From: an uncultured beta proteobacterium | Lineage (GTDB): Bacteria > Pseudomonadota > Gammaproteobacteria > Burkholderiales > Casimicrobiaceae | Direction: 5' to 3' | Length of the DNA: 64,000 nt | Assembly: GCA_963734515.1 (NCBI GenBank) | Contig: CAVTHP010000003.1 | Coordinates: forward strand, 183,532 to 247,531 | Shown here: piece by piece, positions 47,647-60,244 of the stretch | Layout: the number at the start of each line of letters is the position of its first letter | Numbering within the stretch: position 1 is the stretch's first letter | The notes under the pieces: generated by a model | What the model saw: only the letters and a program-made list of their open reading frames with translations | Told to the model about the DNA's origin: nothing | The model's database searches: none | Program-made: the position numbers and the translations under genes

Positions 47647-48685
47647 TCACGCACGTTCGAGCAGCATCGCGTCGCCGTAGCTCATGAAGCGGTAGCGCTG
47701 CGCAATCGCATGGGCGTAGGCGCGGCGCATCGTGTCGTATCCGGCAAATGCGCTCACCAGCATCAGCAGCGTCGATCGGGGGAGGTGGAAATTGGTGACG
47801 AGCCGGTCGACGACGCGGAACCGGTAGCCGGGCGTGATGAACAGCGTGGTGTCGCCGGGTCCCGCCCGCAGGCCTCCGGATGCGTCCGCCGCGGACTCCA
47901 GCGCCCGCAGGCTGGTCGTTCCGACCGCGACCACGCTGCCGCCCGCGCGCGCGCGTCCGTCCGATCGCGTCGACGGTCGCTTGCGGAATCGCGTAGCTCT
48001 CCGAATGCATCCGATGCCGGTCGAGCTGCTCGGTCTGCACCGGCTGGAAGGTGCCGGCGCCGACGTGCAGCGTGACGTAGGCCTGCGCCACGCCGCGCTT
48101 CGCGAGTGCGTCGAGCATCGGAGCATCGAAATGCAGACCCGCGGTCGGCGCTGCGACTGCGCCGCGCACGCGCGCATACACGGTCTGGTAGCGTTCGGCG
48201 TCGGCGGCGTCCGGCGCGTGCGTGATGTAGGGCGGAAGCGGCAGTTCGCCGTGCTGCTCGAGCCAGCGATGCAGCTCTGCGACCCCTTCGAATCTCAGGC
48301 TGAAGAAGCGGCCGTCGCGCGCTTCGACGGTTGCGCGCGCCCCGGCCGCGAGATCGACGCTGCCACCGACGCGTGGCGGATGGCTTGCCTTCAGCTGCAC
48401 GATCGCCGAGTCGGTTCCCGTGACCCGCTCGACCAGCATCTCGACCTCGCCGCCGGTGGGCTTGCGCCCATGGATGCGCGCATTGATGACACGCGTGTCG
48501 TTGAACACCACGAGGTCGCCCGCATCGAGCAGCGAGGGCAGATCGGTGAAGCGCAGGTCGCGGAGCTCAGCTGCGTCGACGTGCAGCAGACGGCTCGCGC
48601 TGCGCTCGCGCGCGGGCGTCTGCGCGATCAGCTCCTGTGGCAGCGCATAGTCGAAATCGGCGAGGGTGTAGGTCTTGGTTGACAC
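47647..48685 (-). pseudogene. queA: S-adenosylmethionine:tRNA ribosyltransferase-isomerase, one frameshift (or sequence error)
   Basis: [18 protein letters not shown] and TLHVGAGTF in one frame; [19 protein letters not shown] in another; shift near 47941-47956. Confidence 0.88.
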
Positions 48686-48930
48686 CGGTGCGGCCAAGGC
48701 ATGCAAGGGCGTGATGTTGCCTACAAATTGACCATGCCCGAATCGCGCGGGGCCTGGCGCGCGTCGCGTGGCGCGTCTGCAACAACAGCCGCGACCAGAT
48801 GCCCGTGCATCGTAACGATCCTAGTGTGGCAGGGGCGCGACCGCATTTCTGCAACGGTGCCTGCGCGCGGATGAAGCATGCGATCCACGTGCAGCTTTAA
48901 GGGCTGACGTAATCTAATCCATTGATTATT

Positions 48931-49016
48931 TGGTGCCGGGAGAGGGAGTCGAACCCTCACGCTGTTGCCAGCGGCGGATTTTGAGTCCGCTGCGTCTGCC
49001 ATTCCGCCACCCCGGC
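48931..49016 (-). tRNA. tRNA-Leu (CAA)
   Basis: GCCGGGG acceptor, GCGGA-CTCAAAA-TCCGC anticodon arm, long variable arm, GTTCGA, encoded CCA. Confidence 0.97.
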
Positions 49017-49082
49017 GAGGTATGGGCGTTGTTCCGCATGCGCAGGACGCCCGCAACGCGGACGCGCATTATCGCGGAAAAG

Positions 49083-49655
49083 TCAGACCTGCGCGAACGC
49101 CATCGCGCCCAGGGCCATCGCCCCCGCCGCGCCACCGTAGGAAACGTACTGCAGCCACCGGCTCCGGGTCAGCAACGTGATCGCCGCCAGCGCGATCGCG
49201 ATCTGGATCAGCGTCATCGCCTGCGCCCAGCGGTGATGGACGTGCATCGACGCCTCGCTCCGAGCCTCGAGTTCGGTCGATCGCTTCTCGAGCTGCCGGG
49301 CTTCGGCCATGATCTCCTGCTTCTCCTTGTCGTAGCGTGCGGCCTCGGATCGGTAGCGCTCCGAGTCGGTTCCGCTCGCCAGCACGGCCCCCAGTTCGGC
49401 CATGCTTTGCTTGCTGCTCTTTGCCTGGTAGAAATTCCATTGATCCGACGCTTCGGTCCTGCGGATCGCCGAATCGTTCTTGTAGAGCAGCGCATCGTTC
49501 TGCGTCGCGCCGGCCATGTACCCGAAGAAAGCGCCGATGGTCGCGAAGATCGCGGTCATCACCGCGATGCGCGCTGAAAACGGGTCGCGCAAATGCGCGG
49601 CATGCTCGACCTCGTGGTCGTGCGGGCCGTGCACGTGGAATCCATCCTCCGACAT
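49083..49655 (-). CDS. DUF4337-like membrane protein
   Basis: HVHGPHDH, ASDQWNFYQAKS, LIQIAIALA. Confidence 0.78.
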   Translation of the reverse strand: MSEDGFHVHGPHDHEVEHAAHLRDPFSARIAVMTAIFATIGAFFGYMAGATQNDALLYKNDSAIRRTEASDQWNFYQAKSSKQSMAELGAVLASGTDSERYRSEAARYDKEKQEIMAEARQLEKRSTELEARSEASMHVHHRWAQAMTLIQIAIALAAITLLTRSRWLQYVSYGGAAGAMALGAMAFAQV

Positions 49656-49673
49656 CGCCGATTCTCCTTGTCG

Positions 49674-50174
49674 TTATGTGCGTCCGCGCCGCCGGTAGGT
49701 CACGTAGTCGTAGTCGAACCCGCCGGGAGCGTCGAGGCGATGACGCTCGCGCGCCGTCTCGCCCCAGCGCGCCCGATCGAGCGGTGCGAACGTGGCGTCG
49801 CCCTCGAAGTCCCGGGCGATCTCGGTGATGTACGCGGCCTGCGCGATCGGCAACGCGAGCCGATAGAGCTCGGCGCCGCCGATGCAGAACGCGGGCTCGG
49901 GAAGTTGGACGCTCGCGAGCGCATCGGTGAGCGATGCGACGACGATCGCGCCTTCTGCTTTCAGGCCGCTTTGGCGGCTGACGACGATGTTCTGGCGCTG
50001 CGGCAGCGCTCTTCCCAGCGAGTCCCAGGTGCGCCGGCCCATGATGACTGCATGTCCCGTGGTCAGCGCGCGGAAATGTCGCAGGTCGTCGGGGAGCCGC
50101 CAGGGTAGCGCACCGCTGCGCCCGATGACGCCGTTGCTCGCGACGGCCGCGATCAGCGCGAGCGCTGGCCTCAT
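49674..50174 (-). CDS. folA: Dihydrofolate reductase
   Basis: LPWRLPDDL, IMGRRTW, IGGAELY, GDATF. Confidence 0.95.
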   Translation of the reverse strand: MRPALALIAAVASNGVIGRSGALPWRLPDDLRHFRALTTGHAVIMGRRTWDSLGRALPQRQNIVVSRQSGLKAEGAIVVASLTDALASVQLPEPAFCIGGAELYRLALPIAQAAYITEIARDFEGDATFAPLDRARWGETARERHRLDAPGGFDYDYVTYRRRGRT

Positions 50175-50310
50175 CGACGGACCCACGCAGCGTGTCCGCC
50201 GGTCCGCGGCGCAGATTCGGGTGCGCCCGGCGAGCGCCGGGCGAGCGCTCGCGCGCGAGGCGGGAATGTCATAATCCGTCGGATTATAGCGAGAGCCGCA
50301 GCCAACACGC

Positions 50311-51792
50311 GTGTACTACCCACGCTCGTTCCTCAAGTTCATCCTCCTCGGCTTCCTGCTCGTCAGCCTGCCGCTGGTGTATGCGCTCGCCGAGTTGATC
50401 CTGTCGATCGACCGGCTCGAGTCGCAAGGCCGGCAGGAGGTGATCCAGGCTGCCCAGGCCGGGCGCACGAGTCGCCTCCTCTACGAGCAGACGACGACGC
50501 TCGAGCGGATCGCTCGCCAGCACCTGATCCTCGAGGACAGCGCGCTGCTCGACGAATACGCACGGCTGCGGCAGGATTTCCGGCACACGACGCGCCAGCT
50601 CGCTGCGCTTCCGCTCGAGCCCGGCCAGCTCATCGCGCTCGACCAGCTGGCCGAGCATGAAAGCCAGCTGCACAAGCTGCTGATCGCGCCTCAGCGCAGC
50701 CCCGAGATCGCGACCCGGATCGCCGACGGCTACGCGAAGCTCGTCGACGGCGCGCAGTCGATGCTGGCGGCCAGCAACCAGCTGACCCAGCGCGCGATCG
50801 ATCGGCTGCAGGAGACGGCGACGCAGGGACGCGAGAAGTGGATCTACGTGGGGCTTGCGACGGTCGGGATCGCCATCGCGCTCGCCATCGTGTTCGCGAC
50901 GCTGATCGCGCGCCCGATCCGGCAGCTCGATCTCGCGGTCCGGCGCATGGGGCGCGCCGATTTCACCCACACGATCGAGGTGTCCGGGCCGCAGGACCTG
51001 CGCTACCTGGGGCAGCGCCTCGAGTGGCTGCGCGCGCGCCTGTCGGAGCTCGAGCAGCAGCAGACGCGCTTCCTGCGCCACGTCTCGCACGAACTCAAGA
51101 CCCCGCTCACCGCGGTCCGTGAAGGGGCCGAGCTCCTGCGCGACGGCGTCGGCGGAAAGCTGACACCCGAGCAGCGCGACATCGTCCGCATCGTCCGCGA
51201 CAACACGCTGTCGCTGCAGAAGCTGATCGAGGACCTGCTTGCCTATCACCAGACGCGGGCGATGGAGCCGGCAACGCTCGGTCCCGTCGACCTGTCCGAT
51301 GTCGTGAGCCGCGTGATCAAGGAGCAGAAGCTCGCGGCCCTTGGCCGGATGGTCAACTTCGAGACCCGCATGCGCCCGGTGCTGGTGGTGGGCGATGCCG
51401 AGAAGCTGCGGACGATCGTCGACAACCTGGTGTCGAATGCGATCAAGTATTCGCCGCGATCGGGGACGATACGCATCGATGTCGCCGCCGCGGACGGTGA
51501 CGCCGCGCTCGACGTCGTCGACGAAGGCCCCGGGGTCTCCCCCGAGGACCGGACCCGGATCTTCGACTCGTTCTACCAGGGGCCCGCGCCGGCGGATGGG
51601 CGCATCAAGGGTTCGGGGCTCGGGCTGGCGATCGCCCGGGAATACGCCCTCGCCCACGGTGGACGGATCGAGGTCACCGGGCGCGACGACGGGCGGAGCG
51701 GGGCATGGTTCAAGCTTTCGCTGCCGCTCGCCATGCGCGAGGCGGCACCGAGGGCCCGCGAGACGGCAGCGCTGCTGGCGGAAGGCAAATGA
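50311..51792 (+). CDS. Sensor histidine kinase (GlrK/QseE-like)
   Basis: YPRSFLKFILLGF N-terminus; HELKTPL; NAIKYSP; GSGLGL. Confidence 0.88.
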   Translation: MYYPRSFLKFILLGFLLVSLPLVYALAELILSIDRLESQGRQEVIQAAQAGRTSRLLYEQTTTLERIARQHLILEDSALLDEYARLRQDFRHTTRQLAALPLEPGQLIALDQLAEHESQLHKLLIAPQRSPEIATRIADGYAKLVDGAQSMLAASNQLTQRAIDRLQETATQGREKWIYVGLATVGIAIALAIVFATLIARPIRQLDLAVRRMGRADFTHTIEVSGPQDLRYLGQRLEWLRARLSELEQQQTRFLRHVSHELKTPLTAVREGAELLRDGVGGKLTPEQRDIVRIVRDNTLSLQKLIEDLLAYHQTRAMEPATLGPVDLSDVVSRVIKEQKLAALGRMVNFETRMRPVLVVGDAEKLRTIVDNLVSNAIKYSPRSGTIRIDVAAADGDAALDVVDEGPGVSPEDRTRIFDSFYQGPAPADGRIKGSGLGLAIAREYALAHGGRIEVTGRDDGRSGAWFKLSLPLAMREAAPRARETAALLAEGK

Positions 51793-52586
51793 ACCTCCGG
51801 CGCCTGATCGGGGGCATCTGCGTCGCGGCCGTCCTGGGAGGGTGCGGGATCAGGGGCACCCCGATCCTGGAGCCGGGGCAGGTGTTCGAGCCCGACGTCG
51901 GCCCGCCCGTGCCGTCGTCGCCGCCACTGGTGGAATCGCCCCCGCTGGAGCCGGTTCCGCCACCGGCCCAGGCGCAGGGCGCGCCAGAGCCTTCTCCGGT
52001 CGCACCGGCTCCGGCCGCCGCCTCGTCGGCCCGGACCCCGGTTCCCGCCGAGACGCCTGCCACGCCGGTTGCGGCCGTACCGCCGCCATCCGGCGCACCG
52101 GGCGCGGAGGCCGCGCCGGCCGTCCAGGGCACCGCGGCGGCGCCGACCGAGCCGAGCGAGGACCAGCAGATCCTGCGCCTGCTGGGCGATCTCCAGCGCT
52201 ACGGGACGCTGCAGCCCGAAGAGCTGAAGCGCGAGATCGCGCAGGCCACGACCGCGCTCGGCCGGGAGCACAGCGACGTCAACCGCCTGCGCCTGGCCGT
52301 GCTGTATACGATGCTGCGAACCTCGCCGCAGGACGATCAGCGCGCGCTGCAGCTGCTCGAGGTCGTGTCGCGGGCGCCGGCCGCCGCGCCGGCCGTGCGC
52401 TATCTCGCCGCGGTGCTGCAAGCCCAGGTCATCGAGCGCCAGCGCGCGGTGAAGACCGAGCAGCAGAAGGGCGATGCCGCCATCCAGAAGCTCGAGGCGC
52501 TGCGCGCGATGGAGCAGAGCCTGTTCCGCGACCGCGTCCGCTCCGGCGGCGACGGTGGTGGCGGCGCAGGCGGCAGCGGCCGCTGA
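51789..52586 (+). CDS. Lipoprotein (QseG/YfhG-like)
   Basis: LGGC lipobox, Pro/Ala linker, helical C-terminus KLEALRAMEQSL; between kinase and regulator. Confidence 0.72.
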   Translation: MNLRRLIGGICVAAVLGGCGIRGTPILEPGQVFEPDVGPPVPSSPPLVESPPLEPVPPPAQAQGAPEPSPVAPAPAAASSARTPVPAETPATPVAAVPPPSGAPGAEAAPAVQGTAAAPTEPSEDQQILRLLGDLQRYGTLQPEELKREIAQATTALGREHSDVNRLRLAVLYTMLRTSPQDDQRALQLLEVVSRAPAAAPAVRYLAAVLQAQVIERQRAVKTEQQKGDAAIQKLEALRAMEQSLFRDRVRSGGDGGGGAGGSGR

Positions 52587-52656
52587 CGGGTCCGGCTGCG
52601 CAGGCAGCGACCTGCGTCGGCGATCCGGTGAATTCCCCGTTTCTTGAAGGACTGCG

Positions 52657-54012
<1,356 letters not shown>

Positions 54013-54074
54013 CCGACCGGTCGGCGCCGACTGCAAAATTTTCCGACGCTCGATTTACGCAATGCAGCATCGAC

Positions 54075-54157
54075 TGTCGCTCTTGAGCGACATCGTTTCT
54101 CTCGTCGTTTCAAGACTTTAACAAATCCGTCATCCTGGATGTCGGTGCGCCGCGACA
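54075..54157. promoter_or_regulatory. Two GlrR-type activator sites
   Basis: TGTC-GCTCTTGAGC-GACA (54075-54092) and TGTC-GGTGCGCCGC-GACA (54140-54157). Confidence 0.75.
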
Positions 54158-54264
54158 AAGCTTCGCTGCGCTGCGGTGGTGTGCTCGCCCCGGCTGTCGC
54201 GCCTATGCACCGTTCACGCTCTCAAAGTCCCCGCAAGTCGCGCCATCGCGCCGGGGGTGAGTTC

Positions 54265-54281
54265 TTGGCACGACGGTTGCT
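54265..54281 (+). promoter_or_regulatory. Sigma54 -24/-12 promoter
   Basis: TTGGCACGACGGTTGCT matches TGGCAC-N5-TTGC. Confidence 0.85.
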
Positions 54282-54331
54282 TGAAGAGGTCTACCAACCT
54301 ATCGCAGACTTGCTTCGTAAAGAAGACCGAC

Positions 54332-54490
54332 ATGGACACGTATTCGCCCGAACTCGCCAAGCTGTTGCACGAGGCGCGGGCCATGCAGCCTGGCAGCGCC
54401 AGTCCGGAGCGGGACGAGGCCAAGCGCGAGCAGGAAGCCGCGCTCGAGGAACTCGCCGAGCGGATCAGCGCCGCGCGCAGCATCGTCTGA
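54332..54490 (+). CDS. Small hypothetical protein (52 aa)
   Basis: MDTYSPELAKLLHEARAMQ...ARSIV; lies between the sigma54 promoter and a terminator; purine-rich AAAGAAGA upstream. Confidence 0.6.
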   Translation: MDTYSPELAKLLHEARAMQPGSASPERDEAKREQEAALEELAERISAARSIV

Positions 54491-54570
54491 CTTTACGCGC
54501 CGCCGGGGCGCCTCGACCTCCCGGCATTGTGGCAAGGCACGCGCCGCGTGCCCAACCATCGGAACCCCCT

Positions 54571-54599
54571 TGCCCGCCTCCTCCTGCGGGCATTTTTTT
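54571..54599 (+). terminator. Rho-independent terminator
   Basis: TGCCCGC-8nt-GCGGGCA followed by T7. Confidence 0.8.
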
Positions 54600-54604
54600 G
54601 CGTG

Positions 54605-55399
54605 TCAGACGGCGACCGGCGCCTTGATCGCGGGGTGCGACGCGTAGTCGACGATCTCGAAATCCTCGAAAGCGTAATCGAAGATCGTCGCGGGCCTGCG
54701 GCGCAGGACGAGGCGCGGCAGCGGCAGCGGCGCCCGCGCGAGCTGGGCCTCGACCTGCTCGAGGTGGTTGAGATACAGGTGACAGTCGCCGCCGGTCCAG
54801 ACGAAATCCCCGACGTCGAGATCGCACTGTTGGGCCAGCATGTGGGTGAGGAGCGCGTACGAGGCGATGTTGAACGGGACGCCGAGGAAGATGTCGGCGC
54901 TGCGCTGGTAGAGCTGGCACGACAGCCGCCCCTCGGCGACGTAGAACTGGAACAGCAGGTGGCAAGGCGGCAGCTTCATCCGCGGGATGTCGGCGACGTT
55001 CCAGGCCGAGACGATCAGGCGCCGCGAATCGGGGTTGCGGCGCAACTCGGCGACGAGGTTCGCCACCTGGTCGATCTGCGTCCCGTCGGGTCCGGGCCAA
55101 TTGCGCCATTGGTAGCCGTAGATCGGTCCGAGGTCGCCGTTGGCGTCGGCCCATTCATCCCAGATGGTCACGCCGGCCGCCTGCAGCGACCGAACGTTGG
55201 TCTCGCCGCGCAGGAACCACAGGAGCTCGTGGACGATGGAGCGCGTGTGCAGCTTCTTGGTCGTCACCAGCGGAAAGCCGCGGGCGAGGTCGAAGCGCAT
55301 CTGGTAACCGAGCACCGACAGCGTCCCGGTTCCCGTCCGGTCGTCCTTGCGATGCCCGTGGTCGCGCACATGGCGCATGAAGTCGAGGTAGGCCTGCAC
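54605..55399 (-). CDS. thyA: Thymidylate synthase
   Basis: [26 protein letters not shown]. Confidence 0.98.
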   Translation of the reverse strand: MQAYLDFMRHVRDHGHRKDDRTGTGTLSVLGYQMRFDLARGFPLVTTKKLHTRSIVHELLWFLRGETNVRSLQAAGVTIWDEWADANGDLGPIYGYQWRNWPGPDGTQIDQVANLVAELRRNPDSRRLIVSAWNVADIPRMKLPPCHLLFQFYVAEGRLSCQLYQRSADIFLGVPFNIASYALLTHMLAQQCDLDVGDFVWTGGDCHLYLNHLEQVEAQLARAPLPLPRLVLRRRPATIFDYAFEDFEIVDYASHPAIKAPVAV

Positions 55400-55400
55400 C

Positions 55401-56564
55401 TCAGGCCTCGTCGGGATCGGGGTCGTCGACCGGGCTGCCCGGTCGAAGGCGGGCGATGACGTCGGCGGGCGCGTGCGCGGCGATCCGCGGCGTCGTCACG
55501 ACGATGTCGGCGTTCTGCGCGCGGTGGCGCAGCGCGTGGTCCATCAGCACGCAGGCAAGCATCGCCTCGGCGATCGGCGTCGCCCGGATGCCGACGCAGG
55601 GGTCGTGGCGGCCGTGCGTGTTGACGATCACCGGCCGGCCCGCCTTGTCGATCGAATGCCGGTCGAGCCGGATCGACGACGTCGGCTTGACCGCGATCGC
55701 AACGACGACGTCCTGTCCGGTCGAAATGCCGCCCAGGATCCCGCCCGCCTGGTTGCCGAGGAAACCCTCCGGCGCCATCTCGTCGGAATGCGCGGTCCCG
55801 CGTTGGGCGACCGCAGCGAATCCCGCGCCGATCTCGACGCCCTTGACCGCGTTGATGCCCATCATCGCGTGCGCGATATCGGCGTCGAGCTTGCCGTAGA
55901 CCGGTTCGCCCCAGCCGACCGGGACGCCGGTCGCGACCACCTCGATGCGCGCGCCGCAGGAGTCGCCCGCCTTGCGCAGGCGGTCCATGTAGGCCTCGAG
56001 CGCCGGGACTACCGAAGCGTTGGCGACGAAGAACGGGTTCGCATCGACGTGCTCCCAGCCTTCGAAAGGAATCGCGTTCTCTCCGAGTTGCGTCATGTGA
56101 CCGCGGATCGCGACGCCGTGGCGCTCTGCCAGCCACTTGCGCGCGATTGCGCCCGCGGCCACGCGCACCGCCGTCTCGCGCGCCGATTGCCGGCCGCCGC
56201 CACGGTAATCGCGGATGCCGTACTTCTGCCAGTAGGTGTAGTCGGCATGTCCCGGGCGGAACGTGTCGGCGATGCTCGCGTAATCCTTGCTGCGCTGGTC
56301 CTCGTTGCGGATCAGCAGCGCGATCGGCGCGCCGGTCGTCTTTCCCTCGAACACGCCGGACAGGATCTCGACGGTGTCGGACTCGCGGCGTTGCGTCACG
56401 TGACGCGACGTGCCCGGCTTGCGGCGGTCGAGGTCGCGCTGGATGTCGGCTTCGCCGATTGCCAGGCCCGGCGGGCAGCCGTCGACGACGCAGCCGATCG
56501 CCGGGCCGTGCGATTCGCCGAACGACGTGACGCAAAAGAGCGTGCCGAAGGTGTTGCCTGACAT
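55401..56564 (-). CDS. aroC: Chorismate synthase
   Basis: FGESHG, RPGHAD, SARET, GRHDPC. Confidence 0.98.
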   Translation of the reverse strand: MSGNTFGTLFCVTSFGESHGPAIGCVVDGCPPGLAIGEADIQRDLDRRKPGTSRHVTQRRESDTVEILSGVFEGKTTGAPIALLIRNEDQRSKDYASIADTFRPGHADYTYWQKYGIRDYRGGGRQSARETAVRVAAGAIARKWLAERHGVAIRGHMTQLGENAIPFEGWEHVDANPFFVANASVVPALEAYMDRLRKAGDSCGARIEVVATGVPVGWGEPVYGKLDADIAHAMMGINAVKGVEIGAGFAAVAQRGTAHSDEMAPEGFLGNQAGGILGGISTGQDVVVAIAVKPTSSIRLDRHSIDKAGRPVIVNTHGRHDPCVGIRATPIAEAMLACVLMDHALRHRAQNADIVVTTPRIAAHAPADVIARLRPGSPVDDPDPDEA

Positions 56565-56670
56565 GGGGGATGCAGCGGTGGAACGAGCCGAATCGACTAT
56601 AGCACGCAGCCCACGCCGGACCCGGCGCTTGGTCGGGCGATGACCGGGGTGCCGCCACCCCCGTTCGCTG

Positions 56671-58554
56671 TCAGCGCGGGTCGCCCCGGAGCTTCCGCAC
56701 GATCGCCTGCAGCGCCTCGGGTGTCGCGGTCGCGGGGGCGACCGGCGCCGCGACGACGAAGTCGATGCGCGAGAACAGGCCGCGCAGCCGGCGCATCGCG
56801 CGGCCCCGGTAGGCGCGGGAGAAGAAGCTGCCCCACAGGCCCGAGAGCGCCATCGGCACGATCGGCGCCGGCACCACGGCGACGATCTGCTGCACCCCCG
56901 GGCGGAAGGGGCCGAGCTCGCCGTCCTCGGTCAGCCGGCCTTCGGGAAAGATGCCGACGACCTCGCCGGCGGCCAGGGCCGCCTGTGCCTCGCCGATGGC
57001 GCGCTCCTTCAGCGCGGCATCCACCTTTGCCGGCGCGATCGGGATCGCGCGCATCGCGCGGAAGATGAACGACAGCAGCGGGATCCGAAACACCTGGTGA
57101 TCCATGACGAAACGCACCGGCCGCCGAACGCAGGCGGCGATCACGACCGCGTCGACGTAGCTGACGTGGTTGCATACCAGCACGCAGGGGCCTTCCTCGG
57201 GGATGTTGTCGAGGCCTTCCTGGCGCACGCGGTAGACGCTGTGGATCAGCAGCCACGCGAGGAAGCGCATCAGGAACTCGGGAACCAACGCGTAGATGTA
57301 GATCGCGACGATGCCGTTCAGGACGCCGACGACCAGGAACAGCTCCGGGATCGTCAGGCCCGTTTTCAGGAGCGCGATCGCTGCCAGCGCCGAGACGATG
57401 ATGAACAGCGCGTTGAGTATGTTGTTGGCCGCGATGATCCGTGACCGATGCGAGGGCTGCGAGCGCGCCTGGAGCAGTGCATAGAGCGGTACGGTGTAGA
57501 ACCCGCCGAAGATCCCCAGCAGCACGATGTCGGCGACGATGCGCCAGTTCGCCCCTGCGGCAATGAACGCGGACACCGTGCCGTTCGCCGCGGGGGCGAT
57601 GTGTCGGGTGGCGAGCCACAGGTCGATCGCGAACAGCGTCAAGCCGATCGAGCCGAAGGGCACGAGGCCGATCTCGACCTTGCGTCCGGACATGCGTTCG
57701 CACAGCAGCGAGCCCGTGCCGATGCCGATCGAGAACAGCGCGAGCAGCAGCGTGAACACGTGCTCGTCGCCACCCAGCACGCCGCGCGTGAACTCCGGAA
57801 GTTGCGCGAGGTAGATCGCGCCGTAGAACCAGAACCACGAAATGCCGAGCATCGACCGCCATACGACGGGGTTCTCCTGCGCGAGCTTCAGGTTCCTCCA
57901 GGTCTCGGTGAACAGGTTCCAGTTGATCCGGAGGTCCGGCGCGACCGCCGGGGTGTGGGGGATCCTCCGGCTCGCGAGCCAGCCGAAGATCGCGATCGCG
58001 ATCGTCAGCGCCGCCGCCCAGGCGGTGCCGTCCGGCTTGATGGCGACGACCAGGCCGCCGGCGATGGTGCCGAGCAGGATCGCGACGAAGGTTCCCATCT
58101 CGACCATGCCGTTGCCGCCGGTGAGCTCCTCGGTCTTGAGGTGCTGGGGCAGGATCGCGTACTTGACCGGGCCGAACAGCGTCGAGTGGACGCCGAGCAG
58201 CGCGAGCGCCACGAACAGCAGCGTGATGCTCCGGGTCACGAAGCCGACGGCGCCGATGGCCATGATCGCGATCTCGAACAGCTTGATCAGCCGGATCAGC
58301 CGCGACTTCTCGTACTTGTCGGCGAGCTGTCCCGAGGTCGCCGACAGCAGCATGAACGGGAAGATGAACAGCGCGCCGATCAGGTTGACGATCATCCCGG
58401 CGTCGACGTTGACGAGGTTCGTCGCCTCGAAGGTGACGAACACGACGAACGCGTTCTTGAACACGTTGTCGTTGGCGGCGGCTGCGAACTGCGTCCAGAA
58501 GAATGGCGCAAAGCGGCGCTGGCGCAGCAGCGAGAACTGGTTGGGGGCGCTCAT
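56671..58554 (-). CDS. MFS (LplT-like) transporter fused to PlsC-type acyltransferase
   Basis: NDNVFKN, FGPVKY in the MFS part; NHVSYVD and FPEG in the acyltransferase part. Confidence 0.88.
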   Translation of the reverse strand: MSAPNQFSLLRQRRFAPFFWTQFAAAANDNVFKNAFVVFVTFEATNLVNVDAGMIVNLIGALFIFPFMLLSATSGQLADKYEKSRLIRLIKLFEIAIMAIGAVGFVTRSITLLFVALALLGVHSTLFGPVKYAILPQHLKTEELTGGNGMVEMGTFVAILLGTIAGGLVVAIKPDGTAWAAALTIAIAIFGWLASRRIPHTPAVAPDLRINWNLFTETWRNLKLAQENPVVWRSMLGISWFWFYGAIYLAQLPEFTRGVLGGDEHVFTLLLALFSIGIGTGSLLCERMSGRKVEIGLVPFGSIGLTLFAIDLWLATRHIAPAANGTVSAFIAAGANWRIVADIVLLGIFGGFYTVPLYALLQARSQPSHRSRIIAANNILNALFIIVSALAAIALLKTGLTIPELFLVVGVLNGIVAIYIYALVPEFLMRFLAWLLIHSVYRVRQEGLDNIPEEGPCVLVCNHVSYVDAVVIAACVRRPVRFVMDHQVFRIPLLSFIFRAMRAIPIAPAKVDAALKERAIGEAQAALAAGEVVGIFPEGRLTEDGELGPFRPGVQQIVAVVPAPIVPMALSGLWGSFFSRAYRGRAMRRLRGLFSRIDFVVAAPVAPATATPEALQAIVRKLRGDPR

Positions 58555-59966
58555 GGGGGGCCATGCACAGCGGCGGGTGGCTCGGTCGACACCACGTCGG
58601 CCTGCGCACGCCCCTGGGAGAACGTCAGGCTGAGGTTCTCCCCGACGGCGAGTTGCCGCGAGTCGGTGACGACGACATCGCCGCGTTGCTGGACGATGGC
58701 GTAGCCCCGATCGAGCACCGCGGCCGGATTGAGGTGCGCCAGCGCGTCGGCTACGCGACCGAGGTCCACCGAGATGCGCGCGAGGCGGTCACGTCCCGCT
58801 TTCGCGAGGCCGCTCGATGCGGCTGCGAGGCGTTGCGCCTGCGGCATCGGCGCGCGCAGCTCGCGCAGCAGCCGCGCCTGTGCGACTGCGGCGCGCTGCG
58901 CCAGCCGGTCGCGCTGCAGCGAGAAGGTCCGTGCCAGCCGTTCGGCCAGGCGCTGCGTTCGCTCCGCCTGCTGGGCGAGCCGGGCCGCCGGATGGACCAG
59001 GCGCTGCGTCGCGAGGTCGAGGCGCTGGGCACGGTTGTCGATGCCGTGACGCCAGGCGCGCGCGACGCGCTGCCCGAGCGGCCCGACGACGTTGCGCAAC
59101 GCCGCGCGATCGGGCACGACCAGCGTTGCGGCGGCCGTCGGCGTCGCGGCCCGGACGTCGGCGACGAAATCGCAGATCGTGAAGTCGGTTTCGTGGCCGA
59201 CCCCGGAGACGACGGGGAGCCTCGATTCGAAGACCGCGCGCGCAAGGGCTTCCTCGTTGAACGCCCACAGGTCCTCGAGGGATCCTCCGCCGCGGCAGAC
59301 GATCAGCACGTCGACTTCGCCGCGCTCGTTGGCGGTACGGATGGCGGCCGCGAGCTCGTCGGCGGCGCCTGCGCCCTGCACGGACGCCGGGTAGACGACG
59401 ACACCTGCGGCCGGATAGCGTCGCTCGAGCGTCGTCAGCACGTCGCGCAGCGCGGCGGCCTTGCGCGAGGTGACGACGCCGACACGGCGGGGAAAGCGGG
59501 GCAACTCGCGCTTGCGGGCGGGATCGAACCAGCCCGCGGCCTCCAGCGCCGCCTTCATCCGCAGGAATCGCTCGTAGAGCGCGCCGAGGCCGGCGAGACG
59601 CACGGTCTCGACGCTCAACTGGAAATCGCCGCGGGCGTCGTAGATGGTCGGCGTCGCGCGCACTTCGACTGCCAGGCCATCGCGCAAGGTGAACGACAGT
59701 CCCTGCGCCTTGTGCCTGAAGAACACGCAGCGCACCTGCGCCGACGCATCCTTGAGCGTGAAATACGAATGCCCCGAGGCGGCACGGGTGAACCCGGAGA
59801 TCTCGCCGCTCACCCACAGCAGCCCGAGGTGGCGTTCGAGCAGCAGTCTCGCCGAGGAGACGAGCAGCGATACGGGGACCACCGCCGGCCCTGCGGCCGA
59901 GTCGACCATCGAGCTCGCCTCGGGGCCAGTGCCGTTCGCGCGCTTGCGCGGTGCGTCAACAGTCAT
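58551..59966 (-). CDS. xseA: Exodeoxyribonuclease VII large subunit (start uncertain)
   Basis: GEISG..SGHSYFTLKD, RGGGSLEDL, GHETD, TPTAAA, LDRGY. Confidence 0.95.
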   Translation of the reverse strand: MTVDAPRKRANGTGPEASSMVDSAAGPAVVPVSLLVSSARLLLERHLGLLWVSGEISGFTRAASGHSYFTLKDASAQVRCVFFRHKAQGLSFTLRDGLAVEVRATPTIYDARGDFQLSVETVRLAGLGALYERFLRMKAALEAAGWFDPARKRELPRFPRRVGVVTSRKAAALRDVLTTLERRYPAAGVVVYPASVQGAGAADELAAAIRTANERGEVDVLIVCRGGGSLEDLWAFNEEALARAVFESRLPVVSGVGHETDFTICDFVADVRAATPTAAATLVVPDRAALRNVVGPLGQRVARAWRHGIDNRAQRLDLATQRLVHPAARLAQQAERTQRLAERLARTFSLQRDRLAQRAAVAQARLLRELRAPMPQAQRLAAASSGLAKAGRDRLARISVDLGRVADALAHLNPAAVLDRGYAIVQQRGDVVVTDSRQLAVGENLSLTFSQGRAQADVVSTEPPAAVHGPP

Positions 59967-60244
59967 GCTCGCTCTCCGCGGCATCCCAGAGGAATGTCTT
60001 GGACATCTTTTGCCCGGATCGCCAATTGTCCATGACAATTTTGTCCATAACCCCTGTCATCGGCCTGTCATCGATCGGCGACGAAGTGCCCGCGGCGGCT
60101 CGGATCGCTACCCAAAACGCTGCGGGCGTCCACTTGCAGATCATTGAATAAATGACATATTTTTCCGGCGCGAATTTGGTCAGGCGTGCTTTTTCCCAGT
60201 CCGGCAGGTGACTTAGCGCGCGAATTTACAAGATATGCACACTG

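Noticed and set aside
56671-58554. MFS-acyltransferase fusion as a novelty
   Set aside because: This is a known, widespread architecture in proteobacteria
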